DNA of 64,000 nucleotides from Amoebophrya sp. A120 (taxonomy: Eukaryota; Protista; Dinoflagellata). Where the stretch lies: contig CAJINV010000014.1 in NCBI GenBank assembly GCA_905178155.1, forward strand, positions 1,167,858 through 1,231,857. Reading direction: 5' to 3'. The position numbers and the translations under genes were made by a program. Position 1 is the stretch's first letter. The number at the start of each line of letters is the position of its first letter. Shown here in pieces: positions 10,701-23,694 of the stretch. Under the pieces are notes generated by a model. The model made no database searches. It saw only the letters and a program-made list of their open reading frames with translations, and was not told where the DNA came from.

Positions 10701-13700
10701 GCAGTTTCGAACGCGCAAGTAGAACCTCCACAGGACCAGGAGAGTATGCAAGACCTATCAAGTTCTACCCCTGAACAAGGAGATCCCCGTAAAACGCAAA
10801 CGGAAACCACTACTGAGACTGTTACCATCGCGACTAGGACCGAAGAGGTTGGCAGCTCTACTAGAAGTGGCACAACTTCAGCCACCTCCCAGCAGAAAGG
10901 AAAGGCAAGAGGCGGGCATAAAACAAAAAACCAGCCCGACTACGCAGATTTCGTGGACGGACAGATGCACTACAGTCGGTACGCTTACGAGGATATGCTA
11001 AAGAAGTTAGAGGAGGACGGCTTCACAGTTTTAAACAAGGCCACGCCGGTGATGGAGCTGCCGGTGAGATCCAACCTCTTCGAAGACTACCATGCGTTCG
11101 AACTGAAGAAGAAGCGGGCAACCGTGGTGGAGAACGCGAACAAAAAGTCGGTCGCGGTCCGGTTTTCCGGGGCGGAACAACAACAAGAACAAACCGGTGA
11201 AATGAACTCGACACGAGCGTCGAAGCAGGAAAGCTCCTTAGAACATCAAGGAGCGAATGGTGGCTCTTTCGACATGGCAACGACCGCGCTTGCGGAGAAA
11301 GCGAGGGCGGAAACGGAGAATGTCAAAGATCCGAAATCGTTTCTGAAGCGGGAGACGGACCACCAAGCAACCGAAGAGTTTCGCCGGTCGCTGACCGACG
11401 AGCACAGCTACGAGGCGTTTATGCACGTGGGGCACAAGCTGACCGGCTTCTTCGATGCCGAGGGAGACTACCACGCACAGCAGTCGAACTTGCACGACAT
11501 TCGGGTGGCCCGGGTGAAGCGGTGCGCTCCTTACAAGGGGTACAGCGAAACGAAATTAGACGGGTCCAGCCCATGGCTGCCGCCGGCGCACCGTTGGGAG
11601 GTGAGCGTGTTGGGGAATAGAGTCTGGCGCCACGAGCCGGTGGTCGACAACCGGCCGATGGTGGGGGTCAACGCGCGATTGGAAAAGGGGGAAAAGGAGT
11701 TCACGAGCAGCTACGACCCGGTGGCGGAGGGGTATGACCCGTATAGCGCAGCGAAAAATAGCTACGGCAAGAAAAAGCACTTCCCGCCGAACGACATTTT
11801 GAAACGGTACTACGCGAACACGAATCCGAAGATGAACATTTACGCGTACATTGGCAACGGGCACGTGGTCGACGCAAAGGACTTACGGGACGAGTTTCAC
11901 CACGTGTCCGACATTTACCAGTCGGAAGACCACATTGTCGACTACCCGGGATTGTTCACGAGCAAGGAACAGCAGATCAAACACCTCTACAAGCAAAAGT
12001 ACGACGAGAAGCACCCCATCAAGGACACGGCCGCCTCGTCGGCCCACCGGGACCCCATGTTCTGGTTTTACGAAGTGGCGCAGGAAAAGAACCCGGAGGA
12101 CGAGAAGGCCCAGGACGGGCGGGGCACAACCTTGAAGAAGGGGACGAGCTACTTGCGGCGCGTGTACCGCGACCTCGACTTCCCCCCGGCCAAGGAGGCG
12201 GAGGACAAGAAGCACCCAGTCTACGACTTGTTGCACTTCCTCTTAAACGGCGGCGAGACGGCGGAGGAAAAGGAGAAGCGGGAGCACAAAAAGCAGCACG
12301 AGAAGGAGCAATTGCAGCAATTCGCGAAGAAAATCGACTACACGCGGGAAGCGGGGATTGGCGGGACAGCTGCTCCGACGCTGGCCCGGCAGCACGAAAC
12401 GCCGATCGAGAAGAATGCAGAGCACATGGAAAGGTTCTTCGAGAAAAACGCGAAATACAAGTACGGGGAATTAAATTACGGCGACCTGGAGAAGGAGAGG
12501 AAACGGAGAATAGCGGATAGGGTGAACAACGATGCTGCTCTCTACCACGTGAACCGGGCGAACTTCTCGGAGATGCTGGAAATGAAGGCGTCGGTCGTGA
12601 AATCCCGGGTGGATCAGAGAGAGTCTGCGATCGCGGAGGCCGAAAGGCAGTTGGGCGTCGCGGGTCTGGAGAACAATAAAGTGCCTGTTATCCCGTTGCT
12701 CGAGATTCCGCTGCCCGATTACGAGAAAACCTTGAAGCCGCACTTCGACGACCGTATCCCGCTGCCGGAACAGATTAAGGCGAAGGAGCAGTACAAAAAT
12801 GTCTACCACGCGAAACGACGGCACCCCGCGAATCCGGAACACTTCGAGAACGAGGTGGTCGTGCTGGAGAAGCACGGCTACAACCCGGAGTACGCTTTGC
12901 AACCGCTGTTACCCCCGGTGTCGAAAGAGGAATTGGATGCCGCCTGTATCCGTGCGGGCGGTCGGTTGCAGGACGGGGACAGAATCCGGGACTTGGAGTT
13001 GCTGAAGCAGGAGGAAGATATTAAGAAGTTGCTCGCGTCTTTGGGGGAAGAAGAAGTGGACTACGGATTCAAAAACAAGAACGAAAAGATCCACTGGAAC
13101 ATATCCAGAGCAAAAACGTCCCCACCCCAGAGTCGAGATGGGGATCTCGCAACAGAAATCGAGAAGTGTTGGGAGTCAAGCATGACAAGTTCCTGTCTGT
13201 ATTGTAGTGCAGTTTAGCAAGTACAGCCGCAACACAAATCCATCTACTCATCCTGTTTACAGCATGACAAAGCCCAAAACACTATTGGAGATGCCTCTCG
13301 TGGGGATTCGCATTACAACTCTTCCTGTAACTGCAAATCTGCATGACAACTATTGTGTGGGGATGTTTTTACTCAGGATAGAACATTGTGGACCCGAGGG
13401 TGGAACTCCAACCGCACGAGTACCCGATTAAGGTTTTCGGTCCGGGTATCAAATGCAAAAATGTCTGGGTCTGGAAGATTGCCAGATTAAGATTTGTAAT
13501 GCAGTTTTTTCATGATCCAGGAAGACTGGAATGCAGGACCTAGCATGACAGATTCTGCGCGATCTCTCTCATGCCTATCCTGCATGAGAAACTGCCTCTC
13601 GATTAGGTCAAAAGTGTACAACTTTTGGCAAGCATGCAACACAGTTTTTTGCCTGCTTCGGATTTAGCATGACAAGTTGCATTTTTCCAGACCCAGACAT

Positions 13701-13834
13701 TTTTGCATTTCATACCGGGGCTGGACCCCTTCTTGGGCGAAGTGGTGTCACATCTGCCGAAGCGGAAGAGCGACGGACAGGGCCCGCCAAGCATGTGGGA
13801 CCGGATTCACGACATGATCGGGCTGGGGTCGTGA
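7791..13834 (+). CDS. Large hypothetical protein (about 1688 aa), charged and low-complexity
   Basis: ORFs 7791-9926 and 10086-13217 join, and extend to TGA at 13832-13834, after removing four TIR elements plus one DR each (144, 276, 284 and 273 nt); 5067 nt in frame. No domain recognised. Confidence 0.85.
9504..9642. mobile_element. TIR introner, family E (in frame and stop-free, hidden inside the ORF)
   Basis: TIR tgcaaaagtatcgtgctcgt / acgagtgcgatacttttgca. DR agcaa at 9499-9503 and 9643-9647. AT-rich 144-nt block within a GC3-rich exon. Confidence 0.9.
9864..10134. mobile_element. TIR introner, family B (orientation 1)
   Basis: tatcaactgcaaaaatgtctgggtctggaa ... ttccagacccaggagacacttttgcatttgata. 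DR tgccg at 9859-9863 and 10135-10139. Removal gives HFEMP|DGKLM. Confidence 0.95.
13102..13380. mobile_element. TIR introner, family F (279 bp)
   Basis: TIR tatccagagcaaaaacgtccccac / gtggggatgtttttactcaggata. DR gaaca at 13097-13101 and 13381-13385. Removal gives IHWN|IVDPRV. Confidence 0.93.
13447..13714. mobile_element. TIR introner, family B (orientation 1)
   Basis: tatcaaatgcaaaaatgtctgggtctggaa ... ttccagacccagacatttttgcatttcata. DR ccggg at 13442-13446 and 13715-13719. Removal gives VFGPG|LDPFLG. Confidence 0.95.
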
Positions 13835-14547
13835 GTGGAGAAGTTGGACCAAGTCATGTGAAAACTTCGTGGTGAAGAGAAGTTTTTTTTCAAGTTTTAC
13901 CCATGAGAGTTTAAGTCGCCCATAGTTTTTGATGTTGACATGTCATAGTTAGAGACATTGATTTGCTGGCACAAATAATTGTACATCTGTAAAGTATAAC
14001 TATCGCTGCATTTCCGTAAGTACGTTTTTCGGCCACGACTACGGCATCACACAAAGAACATGAACATGATCTGTATCCCAGGAGGAACGGTAAGAGTACA
14101 AGGCCTGACTTTTGAATACGCGCCGGATGAAGAAATTTGAAAGAAAGTTACACACATGGATACGGCATCCATGGTTTGGGCCCGCTGCCCTAGTAGCATC
14201 AGGAATGCAAGTATCGCTATCGAGGGTTTGTTCCGAAGTGTTCTCGCCTGAGCATCATTGAAGCTAGAGAGAGATGAAGACCTCAAGCGCGTTGAGTTTC
14301 ATCCGACCCACAAGGAAGCGTCGCGATTTTCCAGAAACAGCTCCAAGCAATCATTTCGCGAACGAACGCAGGATGCGTATCGAAGCGTGAGCTCCGCCTG
14401 TGGAGGAGGCACACGTTGGCATGGGCACTTCAGTTGGCATGCGCACTTCTTGAGGAGGGCGCCCGCTCACTGCAGCGCCGCAGGCAGGGCGCTGCCCTCT
14501 CCTCCTGGGCCCCCCGCCTCATTAGTATTCCCACCAAAACACCAAAC

Positions 14548-17500
14548 ATGAAACGTCTCGGCCGCCTTTTGTCCGTCTCCGCTTTTTCCGCCTTCGTGCA
14601 GGGCGATCCACCGACCCCCGAATTGATCTGGCGCAAACTCAGTGACACGGTAGACGTGACCCTGGTCCCAAACGCAGCAGACGTCACTGGCGTCGAGCTC
14701 TCGTCTAAAAAAGCCACGCTAAGGTTCATTCGAGATGTTGGAGCTGTGCCCTCGTCGCGGGGTGAAGGTGAAGCGGACAAAGCCGTGGACGACGGACCCT
14801 CCCAGTCTAGCTCTTCGGCCAAGCAAAGTGCGCAGCAGCATCCTGCAGCGCAGCATACGGAGGATCAAAAGCCACTACCTTCGGGAGGACGACATGGGGA
14901 ACAGCAAATGGCAGGACTGCAACATGCCGAAATGCTGCGACAGGATGCGAACAAAGCTGCCTCTACGGCTTCTGCCGCCATCGTCACGGAGCAGGACTTG
15001 AACCGAATCAAGACTTCCGACTACAACGAGGATAAGATGGTGGTGAGCCTCCTCGGGGAGGAAAATGCCCAGTCCGAGTCGGATACAGAGCTGGACCTCT
15101 TAGACCTGGAGCTGCAAAACGCCCGGCGCTCCTCTCCTTCCTCTAGCTTTTTGCAAGTGACCAAACAGGACAACTTGAACCTTGGTGAAAACATCGATCT
15201 GCGAAGGAATCTCGCGAGCGCGTTTGAATCGTTAGAAAGAGTGGTGGTCGACAGCGGGAACTACTTGATGAGCAGTAGCGGGGGCACTTTCACTAAAACT
15301 CTGTCGGCTGCTGCCCCTAGCACAAGTAAGAAACAGAAGCAAGTCGTCGCGCACCTGCAACACGAGAAGATTTTACAAGGAACTGCGAAGATGATGAAAG
15401 GTGCTGCCCCTACAGCACCCGCAAGTGTGAAGAGTTTGGCAGGAAACAAAAAGTTTATGACGAAGCAAGTCACCGCCAAGACGAAGACCACCCCTGCGTC
15501 TTCTGCCGACAAGAAATTGGCTGACGGACGACCAGCGCCGGCGGAAAAAAAGCACGACCCGACCACAGGAAAACACGAGCAAAAGTTGTTCTCGACTTTG
15601 CGACAAGAGTACGAAGAGCTGGCTGAGGATAAATTTCTCAATTACCGCAACATCAAGAAAATTATCGTCGAGCGCATTCCGGACAAATCCAACGCGCTGC
15701 TGATCATGGCATTGAAGGAACAGGGGTCAACAATATCTTCATCCCCATCCGAGGACAAGAATTCCTCGCAGGAGCTGCACGAGCAGCAGGATCGTGACGC
15801 GACGACACAGATGAAAATCACGATCGCGCCAGTGCAAAAGTGGAACACCGGCGCCAGCCTCGCATCTCCGATTTTGCCCAAGGCGAGTCTGTTGCGCTCG
15901 CATGTGCACTTCTTTTTCCCGGTTGTGGACGAGAGTGAAGTTGTTGATTCTGCTGGGAGCGAGATGAACGGGGATCATGGCCAAGGAGGAGTAGAAGAAA
16001 CATCAACCGCAAAGCCGAATGCAGCTGCAAAGAACATATCTAGCGGGACGAGAACAACTGGGAACCCCTTCCGGCGGAAGAAGCATCCAAAGTTCTTGCA
16101 CGGGACGTCGACTACTAAAAGACCTGCTGGCCGCTTGGAGAACAACCCCGGTGAGAAGAAGCCGAAAATCTCCGTTCCCGATTTCGCCGCGAAACCGCTC
16201 GCGAGTATCATGGACGAGTACTTTGCCGCGGCGAAGAAAGCGACGGAAGAACACGCGGTGCGTCTTGTGGTTGATGCTTCTGAGCAACTGCAATCCAGTG
16301 CTGCTGCTGGCGGAACTCCAGCGTTTTCGACGACTGCAACGACTTCCAAAACTCTTTCATCTTCATTCCAGCAAAAGAGTGCGATCCAAGAGACCGCGAC
16401 CACAGCTGGAGGTGCAGAGCAAGTTCTTGGGGCTGTTGATTGTGGAGCAGCATCGTCAGACGACATTGAGAAATCTGTCGAGAAGGAACCTTCGCAGCTG
16501 GAAAAGGACGCGATGGAGTGGACTTTGATGGAAGCAAACGAAAATCACAAGTCCGGCGCAGACAAGTGGACTAATTTGAAGAACAAATTTGCAGATCGGA
16601 AAATGATGACAAGTTCAGCTTCTTCAGATAATAAGCAACAAACTTCGACTTCCAGCACAAGAACATCAGTGGCTACGACGGGACAGCAAGGCAAGTCCGG
16701 GATGACAAACAAGGCCCAACTACATCAACTCCGACACGAGACGGAATTGACAAAATTTCTACGCCAAGACGTGAAGAAGGCACAGGAGGCGGCAATTCCG
16801 GTGCGAAGTGATTTAGAAGTAGCCTCCGGCTCTTCCGTTGTTGTTCCCTCACATCAGGCAGGTGAACTTCCACGACCGGCAGCGAGCAACTTTCACTTGC
16901 TGAAAGCTGAGATCGAGCAACGGGAGCAAATTGACAACTCCGCGACCGAGAACGCACTCAAGCAGTACGAAGCGGACCGGGAGAAGGAAAAGGAGCGGTC
17001 GGTGGTTATCATATGTAAAAACACCCCCACACCATACACAAGATGAGAAGTCTGCAACACAAATTCCAAAGTTTTGGGAGTTCTGCATGACAAATCTAGC
17101 CCCATAGTGCAACCCTGTTTAGCTAGTTAAACAGCATCACAGATGTAGCACATCGTGCCGATTGGAGCATGACAAATTTAGAAACATGACTAAAAACCGC
17201 CTTCCATGGGGCTCCGCATGAGAAGCATTTTTACACTGCAGATTTGCATGACGACTCTGGGGCGCGGACGTTTTCACATAGGATAGTGGTGGAAAAAACC
17301 GATTCGCAAAGAGCGAAAGCAGCTTCCTCCGCTGGGGGCGTTTTTGACACAGCGGAGGTCGAGAAGAGCTTGAATTTGAAGCCGCGAAACTTGGAAACCG
17401 ATGTGAAAGAGCAGTTTGAGGAGCAGACAGCCGGACCGTCATCAAACGCCGGAGAATATTCCCCAGGTGGACCTCCTGTGGGAGTCATTAACCACCTTGT

Positions 17501-20273
17501 CCAAAACCACCTCCGTGCACAAGCCATCTACCAGGCGGCTGCCGGGCAGGGTCCGCTGGAGGTTTCGGCTGGCGGCGCGAAGGAAAAGCTCGAAGCGTCG
17601 AAAGAAACGAAGCGAGAAATGGACGATTTGTTCGCGAAGGCGGCTAGCAGTACAGTGACTAGTTCTAGCGCGGAGACGAGGAGAGAGAGGGAACAACAGG
17701 AGGACAAAGCGGAGACGCCCAGCGGAACGGCTTTGAGCTCGTACCTGAAACAGCAAGCAGTGCCAGCAGTTGAGGCTCCTGCTGAAAAGCCTGCTGTCCC
17801 GGCAAAAGTGGAGAACGGCGCGAGGACCCCTGGCGTCGAAGAGCAAAGTCCCGCGGTCGTGAAGAAAAAGACTGAAGGCGCAGTTCCGGCCGCTGCTCCC
17901 GTGGTTGATGCGGGGAAAGATGATTCCAAAAAACAGGAAGCTACTGCGGCCAAGAATAAGGAAAAGAGTTCGAAGACCGAGGTGAAGCAGGGAAGTGATG
18001 CTACTGGTTGTACAACTGCTAGCACCACAGCTACCTCCACAACAGCCGGAGCAGAGCAAACTGTTCGTGAAAGCACGGAGAAGATGGGCGACGCTTTTGA
18101 CGCGCTCGATGCCAGTTTGGAGGACGCCGTGCTGCATCCGGTCGAGACACTGGTGAAAAAAGTCGAGAAACAGGAAGCGGAAACAAAAAACAAGGCGGCG
18201 ACAACGCTTACGGCGAAACAAGAGAAGAAACCGACCACAACAACGTCAACAGCCGTGCAGGAGAAGCAGCGCACTACCGCAACACCTGACATCAAAAAGT
18301 CATCCTCATCTGCACCGTCGGTCAAAGCTCCTGGTACAGCAAGCGCGATTGGAACAAAGGCTGCGCCTGGAGCAGCTGCGGTGAGAGAGAAAGCTCAAAA
18401 GGAGCAGAAGGTCGTGGTTGGTGACGAACAGATGAAGCGGCAGGTACGCCACAACGATGCCGTTTTTCAGAAAACCCGAGGAGGTGGAGAGCAGGAGAAA
18501 GCTCGCGCTCCTTCGCTTCCGACCGCATCGAGGAAGGTGACTCTCGGGGGAAAAGAGGTTCCTAAGGAGGCTCGCGTGTCCAACAAGAATGCTGTGCAAG
18601 TGGAGCCGACGATCACCAGTTTCAACCCGTATTCCAACACGAAAAGAATCCTGGTGAACAAGCCTGACACGAATAAAATGAAGGAAAAAGCAATGCAAGA
18701 ACAGATGAAAGTAGCTCCTAGTCCTACTACTTCTACTTTGTCCTCGCAGGAAAGGTCTCCATCTCCTCTCCCGAAAGGAGCTACATCGAAGAGGAAAATG
18801 GCCCAACTGGACACCTCCGATGAGGCGTCGAAGAGCTTCTGGTCTAGCATGCTGGTCCAGCACCACACTCAGCAGCAGATTGAGATGAAGGCGGGGAAGA
18901 CTGTTGTTGTTGGGGCTCCATCGGATAGTACCACGAAGAAGACAAAAGAACTGCAAGCCGCACCTTCCAAAAGTCCTCACGTATCTAGCGCGCTTGCGCA
19001 ACTAGTGAAACAAGATGCATCGGATGCGGGAGTAGAGAAGCAGGGTGAGCAAACTAGTACTTCGAAGAAAATCGATTTGAACGCCGACATGAAACTGCTC
19101 GACGGTCTAGCGGCGAAGAGTCTGAAGAAGCGAGGAAACAAGGGCGCGAGTACAAGTGCTTCTACAGGTGCTTCTTTTCCCAACGTGATGAGATTTTCTA
19201 CTTCTTCTCCTCTCGTAGCTGTACAACAAGAAACATCCCGGTTGGAGGACAAGAAGACAACCAGAACAACCGGCGCAGGTGAAGCAACAGAGCAGGATCA
19301 GGACAAGAATCGAATCCAAAGCACCGCCGGCGGGCGACTCTCTGCGTTAGCGCACGAACTGTTTGCCGATTTGGAGCCGGGAAAGAAAAAAGCGACACCT
19401 GGAAGAACCTCGAAGACCAACAAGCTTGACATGTGGCTGCAGCGGGCTACGGAGCAGGAAGCGGCTGCGAAAACGGCTACATCCGGTGCAGCAGCAGCTT
19501 CTAACGAGCTGCCTAGAGACGCCAACGGTGCTGGCATTGCAAATCAAGCCAGGGCCGCGGCCTCCGCCGCCTCCCCTGCTCCGGTCGTCTCTTCGCAACG
19601 CCAGCAGTTGGCCGCCAAGGTTGAGGCTGACGGGAAGAAGGTGGCGGAGTTGGATGACGGTGCTTCCGACTCAACGGCCGCCTCCTCAGAATCTGAGAAA
19701 TTCCTGCAAAAATACCTGCAGTCGGGTACTAGTGAAGATGGCGCGGACGATGCTGACGCGAGCAGTACAACCGTTGGCAACAAGAACAAGAAAATCTTCC
19801 TTCAGGAGGCCGCAGCTTCTGGCCAGCAGACAGTGAAGACCAGTGCAAGTCAGAAGCTCGCTTCGGAAAAATGGTTCGACCAGCTGGATACGAGCCATTT
19901 GTTCGAGACGTCGTTACATCAATCAGGACTGGAGAAAAATCAAGCTGACACTCGCACAACTGCTGCTTCGACCGCCGGAGCGGCAGGGCGAGCAGAGCGG
20001 CAGTCGTCCTTCAGTACGGAAGTCGCGGATTTTTCCCAGAAAGGAGAGCCGACCAATGACGAGAAGAGGGCGAAGCTTGCGCTCGCACAAGAGATGAGCA
20101 CAAATAATTCGCGGGAGGACAAAAATCATGCGGCTGCAGTGAACTCGAACTCCTGGTCGGAGTTTAACCAGAAGTGGGGAACATCAACTTCTACCGAGCG
20201 GGATGGAACTACAGCCGCTGCTGGTGCGAGTAGAAAAAAGCGACACAATCGCTATCTGGATCTGTTGGCGTAG
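14548..20273 (+). CDS. Large, probably secreted, Ala/Ser/Thr/Lys-rich hypothetical protein (about 1813 aa)
   Basis: ATG at 14548 gives a signal-peptide-like start (MKRLGRLLSVSAFSAFVQG). ORFs 14416-17046 and 17244-20273 join after removing 17007-17290 (RSVV|EKTD). Confidence 0.85.
17007..17285. mobile_element. TIR introner, family F (279 bp)
   Basis: tatcatatgtaaaaac ... gttttcacataggata. DR gtggt at 17002-17006 and 17286-17290. Same length and internal layout as 13102-13380. Confidence 0.92.
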
Positions 20274-21012
20274 AAATCAACTTTTCTTTTCGTGGTCAAG
20301 TTGTTGTACCGATAATTTGACTTTAAAACAGATTGTCTTTTCCGCGACGCGGCTACAGCCGCCTTCGCTTTAAGATTTTTAATTGAACCTGTACTTTTTG
20401 CGGTGGAAGATTCTTTTTGTCGGACAAAAATGTTCCTTTGTGTCTTCCGCAGAACGTCGGATCAGGCGTGTTGACGGCTTTCGAGGTGGTAATCTGCATC
20501 TCTGTTCGCAGTGGGGTCTTTCCGCGGAAGATGTTGATTTGCAAGTTTTGATCCCGAAATAATAAATACGGAAGGATCCCTTGCGCTTGTCTTTCTGGCT
20601 CTTTGCCTAGCTATTTTGTCGTGGCGCGAACAAATGGAACTAATGCGTTGTGGTTTGTTCAACATCGCATCATTGTCGGTACATCGTAACCGATCCCACA
20701 AAAATGAAATATAAATATTTGTCTCTGTGCGTCCAACAACTCCCCAAAAAAAATCAGCCCACAGTTACTATGCTCACACAGCAGCCGCACATCAACCGAA
20801 CCTGTTAACTCACTCACACATGCCGCACTCCCCGTTGCATTCTTGCTCCAATCGTGTGCTAAGCCAGGAGCCGGCTCCGCGAACGCGGGGGCGGCATACG
20901 GAAGCGGAGGACCACTTGGACGTCAACCGACGGTAGCAACTCCCACGAGGACAAACAAGTTCGCGTCCTGCTTCTACAACTGTCATCTTGACCGAGATCT
21001 ACTTCTGGCAAA

Positions 21013-23066
21013 ATGTCTAGTTTTCACCTCCCCGGTAGAACATTGCTGCAGGTTCTGCTGCCTTTTTTACTCGGCACATCGTGCCCGACGGACGCTATAC
21101 AGCTGCAGCGCGGAGAACAACAACAGGCTCCGGTTTTTTTGCAGCAGCGTGGGGTAGAAAGAAAGCAGGCACAGTATGTCAGGACGAGGAAAGCAGCTGC
21201 TGGATCGAGGACCGTTTATACCCTTTCCGCCAAGACCAAGAAGCGCGATGAAAATGAGAAACAGATCCCTTCTATGAGCGTGGGCGACGTGGAGGATTCT
21301 TCGGTTTTCAAAGACAACTATCCTAAGGACACCAACCCGGGTAGTTCTGGTGCCGCGGCGCCGAAGGAAGAGGAGACTACACCAGCCGCGGACGCAGGCG
21401 GAAAAACTCCCCCTTCTTCGGGTGACAGCAACACCGAACAAGCAGGACCCGCTGAAACCGCAGGAGAGTCGTCCGCCGCGAAAGAGGATGACGCGCCGGC
21501 CTCCCTGTCCCCCGAAGAGAAGGAGAAGCAGCAAAAGGCTGCCGCGACGGAGGAGGCGATGGAAACCGCCGCCGCGGAGAACGCGGAAAAAGTCGCCGCC
21601 GACCAGGCCGCGCAGCAGCAGGCGGTAGCCGAGGCCAAGGAGAAACAGGCCGAGGAGAAGGCGGAAATTGCGGCGAAGAAAGAGGCAGAAGAAGCGAAGG
21701 AAGTGGCCGAGAAAGCGGAAGAAAAAGCGAAGCAGGAGGAAGCGGTGCAGAAAGCTGAGGAGGAGCAGGTGGCGAAGCAGGAGAAAATCGCGGAAGAAAA
21801 AGCCGTCGAGGCGGAAGCGGCCACGGAGAAAGCCACCGTGACGGAAGAAAAAAAGGAGGAAATGGTGGAAAAACATGAGCAGATCAACACGGCTCTGCAA
21901 CAGGAAGCGGGCCTGCTCGCACAGAAGAAGGTGGAACTGGAGGGGACCATGAAAACGCTGGGGGAGTTGCCCGATTCCAAGGATTTGGAAGAAAAGGTGA
22001 AACTGGCAGCGGAAGCGGTCGCGCAAGCGCAGCAGGACCACGGGATTAAGAAGGAAACCGTTGCGGAGGAGCAGAAGGAGAGAGAAAAGGAAGAGGCGGA
22101 ACTGGCTCTGTTGATGCAGGTAGTAGGGGTAGTTTTAGATGATTCATACTTGAAAATAAATAAAAATCTTGCAGCTGGCACCCGGAAGGACGCGTGCAGA
22201 TTGTTGCAGTTCAAGAACCGAAGAAAAATATAAAAAACAAAAAAATCAGGAAATCGCGAAGGCCGAGGCCGAGATGCATGCTGCTGCGGAGAAGCTCGAC
22301 TCCGCTACTGCCGTGCACGCCGATCTGAAAGCCCAGTTAGAGGCTTTGCTGCAGAAGTTGAAGGAGTTGCAGGAGCTGAAAGCCTATGATCGGAAGAATC
22401 TTCAAGATCGCAGGCGTGCAGACCGCACGTGCATATTTTGCATCACACGACAATTCGTCTGTAGGTTTTTTTTTGGGTGCCGGTAGTTCCCCGGCAGACG
22501 TCGCAAGGAACTATTTGTTTCGTGGCCGCTATTTACAAGTGACTCTTCTTGCACAACAAGCAACCGTGTCGTGCAGGTCTCGTGCGTGCTGTGAACATAC
22601 TTTTTCCCATTTGGATAAGACGCAACTAGAAGCGGCAATCGCGGAACATGAGAAAAAAGTCGCAGAATTGGCCGCCTCGGAGGCAGAGGCGCAGAAGGCC
22701 GTTGAGGAGGTAGTTTGCTGATGTTTTTTTCATCCACAAATTAGAATAAACTATATGGACGAGGCGTTCTCGTCGATATTGAAGACGTCGAGTTTCACAA
22801 CTATCTTTCTATGTATGGTAAGGAGCAGTTGATACGTTGTAGTCCGCAGGAGCCAAACGACTGGTATCGCAAAGACCTTTCCGTTACCTGCATGACAGGC
22901 GATGGTAGCCGCGCGCCAGTCTGCAGCGGTGGCGGAGCAGAAGGAAGGCGACGCAGACCGAGCGCAGAAGGGGGTGAAGACGAAAATCACCCCCGTGGTC
23001 GTCGGTGCGGCTGTGGGAGGTGGGGCGTTGCTCGCCGGGGCGGCCGCCTGGATGTTTCTGCTGTGA
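21013..23066 (+). CDS. Surface-type protein: signal peptide, long Glu/Lys/Ala coiled coil, C-terminal hydrophobic anchor (about 498 aa)
   Basis: Exons 21013-22119, 22250-22384, 22623-22709, 22899-23066 total 1497 nt in frame. GT-AG introns 22120-22249 and 22710-22898. Ends VVVGAAVGGGALLAGAAAWMFLL*. Confidence 0.82.
22385..22617. mobile_element. Decayed TIR introner; could also be spliced as GC-AG (22382-22619)
   Basis: TA...TA ends (tatgatcggaaga / tttttcccatttggata), residual inverted repeat, DR aagcc/agacg. Removing 238 nt restores the coiled coil QELK(A/T)|QLEAAI. Confidence 0.6.
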
Positions 23067-23694
23067 TGATGAAGGTTCAAGGTCGATTCTACGTGCGACG
23101 TTCCGCAGTGATGAGTGGCACAACAGCATACAGTTTTTCTTTTCCTAAAGGTACACGACTAGGAGCAGCATCGTAGAACAAGTGCACTCGATATTAAACA
23201 TCACATAACCAATCAAGGTGCTCAGAAAGGACGACAGGCGAAGGGCTTTTTGCACCAACCGGTCCGATATTACAGGTACAGCAGCTTCCGGACAGTAGAT
23301 GCCACTTGTGCTTTTGTTCTGATGGTAGTTACACGTGGTGGTACAGATTCAAAAGAGCCACGAGCGCATCAACAAAGTCCCATTTAGTCGAGAGAGGTCG
23401 CATGAGCGTAGGGTAGGCACTTCTGACTTATTTTCGAAGAGATCAAGAGGTACGGCAAATCCGGTAATTTTTGGAGAGAACAAAGACAAGAGAAATTGAC
23501 TTCGTGACAACCAGAGTGAGATGAGACCGAGAATGAGCCGAGCGCCGCATGACCCACATATCGTGAAGACATAAGCGGACGCAGGACCACGCAATTTTTC
23601 TCGTTTTAATGTTGTACTTGGATTCGCGATATTACGTCGTCGCTTACATTCTCCACGCCTTCACGACTTCTGACTTGGTTATTCTTTGATCCAA

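Noticed and set aside
7911-22214. Long minus-strand ORFs (7911-8957, 17442-18325, 21067-22214; likewise 54696-55616 further on)
   Set aside because: Antisense shadows of GC3-rich + strand genes, with biased composition and no motifs.
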